IMG/VR virus record: IMGVR_UViG_3300032046_000067
Span: 1-42,463 of that record
DNA: 42,463 nt
DNA from: a virus
Lineage: Duplodnaviria; Caudoviricetes
Direction: 5' to 3' (one strand)
Made by a program: the position numbers and the translations under genes. This document shows, piece after piece, positions 36,313 to 42,463 of the stretch. The notes beneath the pieces were generated by a model. That model made no database searches. It was given only the letters and a program-made list of their open reading frames with translations, and had not been told where the DNA came from. Each line of letters starts with the position of its first letter. Positions within the stretch are counted from its first letter, which is position 1.

Positions 36313-37188
36313 TTATTCTATACAATCCACTTCTACTACGCGGGATTCCTCTAATCTTGTTGCACCATATGACTGGCCAGCGTAAACCTGAGCAGAGAAA
36401 TGCAATCCCGGCATAATATCAATGGAAGCTTTTAAGTCAATCCATATGCCAAGCACCATGCCATTTTTATGATACGCGGCACATTGCCTTGTAGTCGAAG
36501 AAATCGGAAGCCTCTCGGATTGAACAAAGCTAAAACCGCACAATGTCCCTGGTTCTCCATTTACCAAAGCCTTGACTTGCGCATAATCAGAAGATGTAGC
36601 CTCAGTGATAGCGAGCAAATCCTCTACCTCTGCGGCGGTAATAGCAAAGAACCTGTTTTCCGCCTCTACTTCTTCCTGGTCAAGCACTTTTTTCGCTTGA
36701 CGGATTTTGTTCATATTCAGGCCTGCGGCACCGGCTGAGATTACATGGGCGGCAGCGGCTAACTTGCCTGTATAACCAACGAGAGTAACCTGGTCTGTGC
36801 CTGTTTTTCCGGTAAATGCGGTCGCAAAGAACCCAGTGCAGACTACTTCATCTTTAGCCCGCGCTAAAGCACCTGCATTATTCTGCACGATTTCATTGGT
36901 CGGGTCTTTGACAAGCATGACCTTATCCATGTTGTCAATGAGGGGAGCCATATAGAAGTAACGAGGAATTATTTTTCTGCGTTCATAACTTGGGTCGCTA
37001 TTTCTTACTTTTTCATTGCGTGCTAATTTCTCATCCGCAGTTGCGGAAGCTAACTGGTCTTGGAACGATACTTCACCAGAACAATTAGGTTTTTGAAATA
37101 CTGTGGGCGCGACTTTTAACTTCATCTGCTGAGTAAGCAGAAGAATATTATCGCTGTATTGATTTTGTAGTGCAGTATCAACAGCCAT
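36313..37188 (-). CDS. Major capsid protein
   Basis: QYSDNILLLTQQ, IDNMDKV, ALARAKDE, TSSDYAQVKALVNGE, GFSF..SERL and GATRLEE. AAGGAGGT RBS and synteny. Confidence 0.88.
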   Translation of the reverse strand: MAVDTALQNQYSDNILLLTQQMKLKVAPTVFQKPNCSGEVSFQDQLASATADEKLARNEKVRNSDPSYERRKIIPRYFYMAPLIDNMDKVMLVKDPTNEIVQNNAGALARAKDEVVCTGFFATAFTGKTGTDQVTLVGYTGKLAAAAHVISAGAAGLNMNKIRQAKKVLDQEEVEAENRFFAITAAEVEDLLAITEATSSDYAQVKALVNGEPGTLCGFSFVQSERLPISSTTRQCAAYHKNGMVLGIWIDLKASIDIMPGLHFSAQVYAGQSYGATRLEESRVVEVDCIE

Positions 37189-37194
37189 CTAAAC

Positions 37195-37355
37195 CTCCTT
37201 GTAATGTTAAGATTAACCTATTAACCTTTTAGCTTTTAGGTTGTCTTTTTCAAGACCTCGAAAGCCTTGTTACATTTTCCAGGCCTCTATTAAGAAGGAG
37301 GTTGTCTGACTGCTTGTTCACCTTATGAACAGGGGTTATTACCCTTATCTGTTTA
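37195..37355 (-). promoter_or_regulatory. Structured 5' leader of capsid gene
   Basis: Several hairpins, two with G[ACAA]C/G[Y]C internal loops (37238-37258 and 37280-37308). Confidence 0.6.
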
Positions 37356-37363
37356 TAAAGTTA

Positions 37364-38281
37364 TTACACATTCAACATCTTATTTAATTCATACATCCTG
37401 TCCACCAGAAACTTATGTTCAGGATGATTAGCATCTAAATAAGCCGGATTTGACTTGATTTTATTTATCTCAAGTTGCGCGGCCTCAGGTGAAAGCAATG
37501 TCCCGCTCATATTCGTTCTGACTAACGATTCTTCGCTTAAATTACTTCCTACGTTAGCAAGCAATTCTATAAGCATTGGGTCATTGCCGTATTTCTTGAC
37601 GATAGTATCGCCTTGCTTTGGGTCTGCCGAGAAGTTCTTTAATACAGCATTGGCTAATTTTGCCTTCTCGTCATAAGCCAAACCCCACCTTGTGCGTAAG
37701 TTCAGGGCAGCCTCATTAAATGCCTTATCATTTGCGTCTTTTTGGGCTTGCGTGCCTTGATTTATGACATTAGCCAACTCATCCATTACCAATGAATATT
37801 GATGCGGCAGGAAGCCCGCCTTGTGCAATTTAGCATTAAACCCTTCCATAAACTTGGCGTCTAAAGCCATGCCCTCAGGAAGCTTAAAAGTCGCTGATGC
37901 CTTATATTCTTTCGGGTCTTTAGGCCGTCCAAGTTGCGTCATTACTCTATCTAATTCCCCTTGTTCATAATTGCCGTCTTTATCCTTGCGGGGCATCGCT
38001 ATCTTTTCATGACCTACTAACTTCTCTAACTCCGAATATCCTTTGATAGTATCTCCAGGAGTTTTCCATCCCTTTACTCCTACAAGTGTCCTATGTTCCG
38101 GCTCAAGCGAAGTTGTCCAATCGCCCTGCACCTTAGGCTTATATCCTGTTAGGAACTCATCAAAAGATTTATAATTAGCTATATCCTCGGTTGTCGCGCC
38201 TGAATTTGTGATAAAACTGGTAACTGCCGGCCTTGATTCCTCTGCTACTGATTCAATAAACGGGATTACGACTGCTTCCAT
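37364..38281 (-). CDS. Capsid scaffolding/assembly protein
   Basis: KGYSELEKLVG, LGRPKDP, LRTRWG and YLDANHPEH. Between portal and capsid. Confidence 0.8.
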   Translation of the reverse strand: MEAVVIPFIESVAEESRPAVTSFITNSGATTEDIANYKSFDEFLTGYKPKVQGDWTTSLEPEHRTLVGVKGWKTPGDTIKGYSELEKLVGHEKIAMPRKDKDGNYEQGELDRVMTQLGRPKDPKEYKASATFKLPEGMALDAKFMEGFNAKLHKAGFLPHQYSLVMDELANVINQGTQAQKDANDKAFNEAALNLRTRWGLAYDEKAKLANAVLKNFSADPKQGDTIVKKYGNDPMLIELLANVGSNLSEESLVRTNMSGTLLSPEAAQLEINKIKSNPAYLDANHPEHKFLVDRMYELNKMLNV

Positions 38282-38282
38282 G

Positions 38283-38474
38283 TCAATTCTCCTTTGGGCT
38301 TAGTTGCCCTTTGCGGACTAAGTTGTCCAATATTCTTTTAATAAAATTTACCAATCTATGCCAAAAGCCGATATTTTCACCTGAAAAAGTAGGGAAACTT
38401 ATCGGCGCAAATACCGGAGGATGCCTTTTTAAATACCAGGAACTACGAGGATTAAACTTTTCTTCTCTGCCCAT
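38283..38474 (-). CDS. Possible small ORF overlying scaffold leader hairpin
   Basis: Tiles the gap exactly. The 3' end coincides with RNA hairpin 38294-38330. Confidence 0.45.
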   Translation of the reverse strand: MGREEKFNPRSSWYLKRHPPVFAPISFPTFSGENIGFWHRLVNFIKRILDNLVRKGQLSPKEN

Positions 38475-38753
38475 TCAATCCCCTTTCGTCAAGTCCTCAA
38501 GAATATCTTTTAAATCCTTTTCAATTAAATTTTTAATATGGATATAGATACTTCTTCTGCCTTCGGAGAAACTCATCTGTCCATGGTTATCGTTATAAGT
38601 CGTATGATTCATAAAACATCGTTTCTCTAAATCTTGTAATACCTTTTTTCCGTCATCGGTCAAGAATACTCTTTTATATAACTGACTATTCTCGGCTATT
38701 TGAGATTCTAATTTCTTTAACTGCTCTTTGTTTTCTCTATCGTGCCCGAACAT
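38475..38753 (-). CDS. Conserved small protein downstream of portal (Bbp19-like)
   Basis: YKRVF.TDDGKKVLQDL...F.EGRRSIY..I. Confidence 0.75.
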   Translation of the reverse strand: MFGHDRENKEQLKKLESQIAENSQLYKRVFLTDDGKKVLQDLEKRCFMNHTTYNDNHGQMSFSEGRRSIYIHIKNLIEKDLKDILEDLTKGD

Positions 38754-40381
38754 TATTTAACTCCTACTACTTGGCTTTCTTTTATCACTTTATCTGCTTC
38801 TCCGCCTGTTTTTATCATTTCTGTCCCAGATTGCAACATCGCCATTTGTTGTTGTAAAGCTAACTGTTGTGTTCTATTTTCTCTAAGCGTTTCAACTTCA
38901 TCGTCGCTACGAATAACTTTTGGAGTTATATTTGTAATCTCAGCAGTATAATCAACCAACTCATCAAAATCTATTTTATCAAATACTGTCGGGTCAACCG
39001 CCCCGAATGAAGCGATAATCTGCATTGCCTGTGATAAATTATTCAACTCTAAAGACTTCTGCGCTCTTGCGAGTGGTGAGATATATTCAATCACATAATC
39101 TTCATTTATCAATTCAGGAGGCAAGGGGGGCAATTTATCATTCATTGCCGCGATAGAATATACCCTTTCGATTACAGGGCTTAATTTCTCACGCATAATA
39201 TTTCCGACTGCCGAACCTAATAATTGCATACGCTGGTTATTCAGGATATTTACTTCCGTGGCTGTCTTATCGCCTATTGACTCCATCAGAATAAATAAGT
39301 CGTTATAAAACGCCTGCGCTACTTTCTGCTGTTTGTATTTTACATAATCAATGCCGATAGGCACATTAGCACCTGTTACAATAGGAACGATATGCTCATT
39401 AGGATAACCGGCATTACGGATGTTTATACCGTTAGGATTAAAGTTAAATGGCCTTAAAAATGCCTCATCCGGGACTTCTTTGGGAGGCAATACCGATAAC
39501 TGCGCTCCTAATATATTCGTCTTTTCCATCTGATTAAGCATTTTTATATCTGATAATATATTCATCTCAGGGGAATAACCATAGGGGCTTCCTTTAGCTT
39601 TGGCAAAACGGGATACCATAAACGGAAACTCCTTATAACCTGACTCACGCACCACCTCTTTGTGTTCCTTATCAATCCATAATGCTGCAAAGGGCATATT
39701 CCTCGCATCTCTCTTTGACTGATCATAGATTGCTCTTGGGAATACGCAGAATAAATATTTGAATTTGGTGTTATAATCTGATTTCACATAACATTCTTTG
39801 ACTTTATCACCGACCTTAGTTTCGCCAAATTTTCCTATTGCCTGGTCTGCGGTATATTCATATTCAATATAGGCACGTTTTGTCCTGCCCTGTGCGTCTG
39901 CCAAGATTATGACATTCTCAATATTCAGACAATCAAAGCGCACATCTTCCTCGATATCCCTTTCGCAATATAAAATATCTGTTCCAATAGAACCTAATCC
40001 GAGGTAACTTTCCACGTCTTCCTGGTAAAAATTAGAACCGTTTATTATGGAATACAAGACATCTTCGGTATCTTTCAGGTAATCAAGATTATCTCTTTTT
40101 ATCATAAGAGAACGGTTACGCAAGCCGATAGTAAACCATTTAGTCTGCGGCCCCGACATATAAGCCTGCATACCTGCGGCAAAATAAGCATTGGCCATAA
40201 TCGCGGTTGAGTCATAAATATCAACAGGTAATTTATCGCCTAAACTTTTTATGCGGGTGATATATGCCTTACGGGGCAGGGCAAAATACATCAATTCCTG
40301 CCAATATGCCTCTAATCCTGAACGGGTTGATTTTTCTGTATCATAGACTCTGATATGTTGTTGGGCGATAGTTTCAGGCAT
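38753..40381 (-). CDS. Portal (T7-like head-tail connector)
   Basis: IYDSTA, KWFTI, ESGYKEFPF.V.R, PYGYSP, KTATEV and IEYISPLARAQ. Confidence 0.93.
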   Translation of the reverse strand: MPETIAQQHIRVYDTEKSTRSGLEAYWQELMYFALPRKAYITRIKSLGDKLPVDIYDSTAIMANAYFAAGMQAYMSGPQTKWFTIGLRNRSLMIKRDNLDYLKDTEDVLYSIINGSNFYQEDVESYLGLGSIGTDILYCERDIEEDVRFDCLNIENVIILADAQGRTKRAYIEYEYTADQAIGKFGETKVGDKVKECYVKSDYNTKFKYLFCVFPRAIYDQSKRDARNMPFAALWIDKEHKEVVRESGYKEFPFMVSRFAKAKGSPYGYSPEMNILSDIKMLNQMEKTNILGAQLSVLPPKEVPDEAFLRPFNFNPNGINIRNAGYPNEHIVPIVTGANVPIGIDYVKYKQQKVAQAFYNDLFILMESIGDKTATEVNILNNQRMQLLGSAVGNIMREKLSPVIERVYSIAAMNDKLPPLPPELINEDYVIEYISPLARAQKSLELNNLSQAMQIIASFGAVDPTVFDKIDFDELVDYTAEITNITPKVIRSDDEVETLRENRTQQLALQQQMAMLQSGTEMIKTGGEADKVIKESQVVGVK

Positions 40382-40770
40382 TATCTACCTCCGAGTAATG
40401 TATTAAGTTCTAAATTTGCTTCGCTTGGGATACCCAACGGAGATGTTAATATTGTTTTTGTCTGGGCGAGACGCTGTTTTCTTAACTTATCTTTTGCCTC
40501 TTGTGTAGCTAAAGCTTCAGCACCTGCGACTTTTGCCTCGGCTGCTTTGACCTGTGCTTCCTGGTAAGAAATAAGTTTAGTCTGCTGCGTTTCCTGAAAT
40601 GCAAGTGTTTCTTTTTGTTGTGCTTCCTGGGCTGCAAGCACCTTATTCTGCTGTTCTCCCTGGGCTGAGAGTGCTTTTTTCTGCCCCTTTTTTTCTTCAG
40701 ATGCTTGATAAGCAGATGTTCCAACTACAGCAGCTGATATTATTGCAGCGGCAATCACTATTGGGGGCAT
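40381..40770 (-). CDS. Duplicate of 757..1146
   Basis: Identical translation. Confidence 0.6.
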   Translation of the reverse strand: MPPIVIAAAIISAAVVGTSAYQASEEKKGQKKALSAQGEQQNKVLAAQEAQQKETLAFQETQQTKLISYQEAQVKAAEAKVAGAEALATQEAKDKLRKQRLAQTKTILTSPLGIPSEANLELNTLLGGR

Positions 40771-41099
40771 TTTAACCTCCGATAAATAAATTTACTCATA
40801 TCCTTGCTGAACCAAGAAATACTATTAGGATTTTCTTTATTGATGACTTCTCTTATTCCTTGCCTGATTGAAGATAATCGCTTGCCATACACACCGATAA
40901 AATGTATATTCTTGCCTTCCTGAAATAATAAATCTTTCATAATTTCAGGATTGGTAAGTAACGCAGGATTGTGTTTTATTTGTTCTAATTGTTCTGCTTT
41001 GAGTTTAATAAAGAATCCAAACCCATCGTTACAGGAATACATCCGGTCAGTATCATCCATCAGGGATATAAAATTATAAACTTGCTCTTGATTAGTCAT
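40758..41099 (-). CDS. Duplicate of 1134..1475
   Basis: Identical translation. Confidence 0.5.
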   Translation of the reverse strand: MTNQEQVYNFISLMDDTDRMYSCNDGFGFFIKLKAEQLEQIKHNPALLTNPEIMKDLLFQEGKNIHFIGVYGKRLSSIRQGIREVINKENPNSISWFSKDMSKFIYRRLKCPQ

Positions 41100-41237
41100 T
41101 TTTTAAGATGCTTTTCTGATGTTTAAAATATTCTACCTGAGCTAATCGCCTTTCTGCGCCAACCCGGGTTTTATAAGGCCCCCCAAGATTTTTCCCTTTT
41201 TCGCTAACAACATAATAACCGCCTGCGCGTTTTACTA

Positions 41238-42463
41238 TCATAATTTTAATAGGTCATAAGTGCCTACCATTGCCGGTTCTTTATAACTTCCTGTCAATGG
41301 GTCGTATCCCTGCACTTGCTCAATTCCTCCTTGCCTGTCCATCCTGCCTCTGATTGGCGGTTTGGCAATCTGTTGTTGCATTGCAAGGGCGTCAATCAAA
41401 TCCACATACAAACTCTTAAACCCGTCTATGGTTACACCCATCAATTCTGTTTCTAATTCAGCAAGCCAGGGGGATAATTCAGGAAGCATTATTGTATGAG
41501 CTTTAAATCTTGGGGCAAGCATCTTGACTCGTTCTAATTTAGTGCCTACTGCAATATGCTCAATCGGCACAATATCAAAGAATATATTACGCCTCTGCAT
41601 TTCCTTGTAAATGAATGGCTCTAATATCTGCTTAAAATGGCCTTTTTCTATACCTACCGGCATACGCCTTGCCCCGCCAAGAGAAGGAGTCCATTTCTCA
41701 ACCGCCTTGAATAATTCGTCAATGAATACATCTGAAGCCCAGCGGCCATAAGGAAAATCAACTATAATCCAGCGATTGTCTTCTGTTACGGCATTGACGC
41801 ACATAGCCCGATAGCAGGCTGATTTATTTATACTTGAGGCTGGGTCAACAGTCATAAATAAATTGGTATCCTTGATAACCTTGTCCACATATAAATATGA
41901 ATAACGAATGAAGTCATCTTTATTGAATACCCTGTTTTCTGCGCTTGTTGCCTCGCACATCCGCTCTCTCATCCAGACGTCAACCTGCCCTACCCTGCGG
42001 AAACTTTCTCTTTCTTTTTCTATCTCTGGCAATGGAAATTTTTCTACCCAGTTCGGTTCACCCTGCTCATTTAATATTGCTATCTTACGCGTCTGGAAAC
42101 CTAATTCTTCGGCTGCATTGAACACTCTTTCAACAATACATTTTTCGCCTAAATTATTGCCGATTAGAAATATCCTGGTATGCTGGCCTAAGAACATCAC
42201 GTCAGATAAAAACCATTGCCAATCATTCCCTAAAATCGTATCACTCTTTGCATCCTCCGTGTCCTGAGGGTCATCAAGAACGCAAATACGAGGCCGCCTA
42301 TCTATATTAGCTAAGCCTCTGATTGATGAACCTTTACCGTAAACCTCAATGCGGATATTGTGGATTTTTCCCTGAGCATCCTTGACATCCACGGAGAAAA
42401 TCTCGGTTGACTTCTGTTTGATTTCCACAAGATTAGAATTTAAGGCGGGATTGCTAAGATATT
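41238..42463 (-). CDS. terL: Terminase large subunit, 3' part (duplicate, truncated by window edge)
   Basis: Matches 1614..2839. Confidence 0.9.
   Translation of the reverse strand, partial: YLSNPALNSNLVEIKQKSTEIFSVDVKDAQGKIHNIRIEVYGKGSSIRGLANIDRRPRICVLDDPQDTEDAKSDTILGNDWQWFLSDVMFLGQHTRIFLIGNNLGEKCIVERVFNAAEELGFQTRKIAILNEQGEPNWVEKFPLPEIEKERESFRRVGQVDVWMRERMCEATSAENRVFNKDDFIRYSYLYVDKVIKDTNLFMTVDPASSINKSACYRAMCVNAVTEDNRWIIVDFPYGRWASDVFIDELFKAVEKWTPSLGGARRMPVGIEKGHFKQILEPFIYKEMQRRNIFFDIVPIEHIAVGTKLERVKMLAPRFKAHTIMLPELSPWLAELETELMGVTIDGFKSLYVDLIDALAMQQQIAKPPIRGRMDRQGGIEQVQGYDPLTGSYKEPAMVGTYDLLKL

Larger units (their letters stand above)
39625..42463. repeat. Terminal direct repeat, copy 2
   Basis: Starts GAAACTCCTTATAACC, identical to position 1, and runs to the window end. 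Confidence 0.97.

Noticed and set aside
731-42267. Plus-strand ORFs in the track
   Set aside because: They are short and nearly all antisense to well-supported minus-strand genes, with no recognisable motifs.
39625-42463. True duplication of terminase and portal genes
   Set aside because: Explained by the terminal overlap of a circularly permuted genome.
1-42463. Stop-codon reassignment, tRNA genes, introns or inteins
   Set aside because: Genes tile densely in the standard code. No tRNA cloverleaf with a T-loop consensus was seen. TerL, portal and capsid have normal lengths.

Overview
This window is a complete, circularly permuted ~39.6-kb podovirus-type phage genome. Bases 1-2839 recur at 39625-42463, so the unit length is 39,624 bp. 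Essentially all real genes are on the minus strand. The morphogenesis module is T7/BPP-1-like: terminases, portal, scaffold, capsid, tail tubular A/B and three ejection proteins. The early module is lambdoid-like: XRE HTH, annealing protein and exonuclease, DUF4373 initiator fragment, two DNA methyltransferases and many micro-ORFs. I found no RNA or DNA polymerase and no tyrosine integrase, but there is a solo IS607-type serine recombinase. The most unusual feature is an O-antigen-ligase/O-oligosaccharyltransferase-like (Wzy_C) membrane enzyme inside the capsid-tail operon, together with at least four signal-peptide-bearing fibre or decoration-like proteins. This suggests periplasmic export and possible glycosylation of virion parts. 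Other signals are a C4/CI-like 78-nt RNA in the early leader, a repeated RNA internal-loop motif before the scaffold and capsid genes, a pR'/tR'-like late promoter and terminator, a probable AUU start for tail tubular B, and an ART-like cassette flanked by direct repeats. All protein family calls come from motifs and synteny recognised by eye; no database searches were run.
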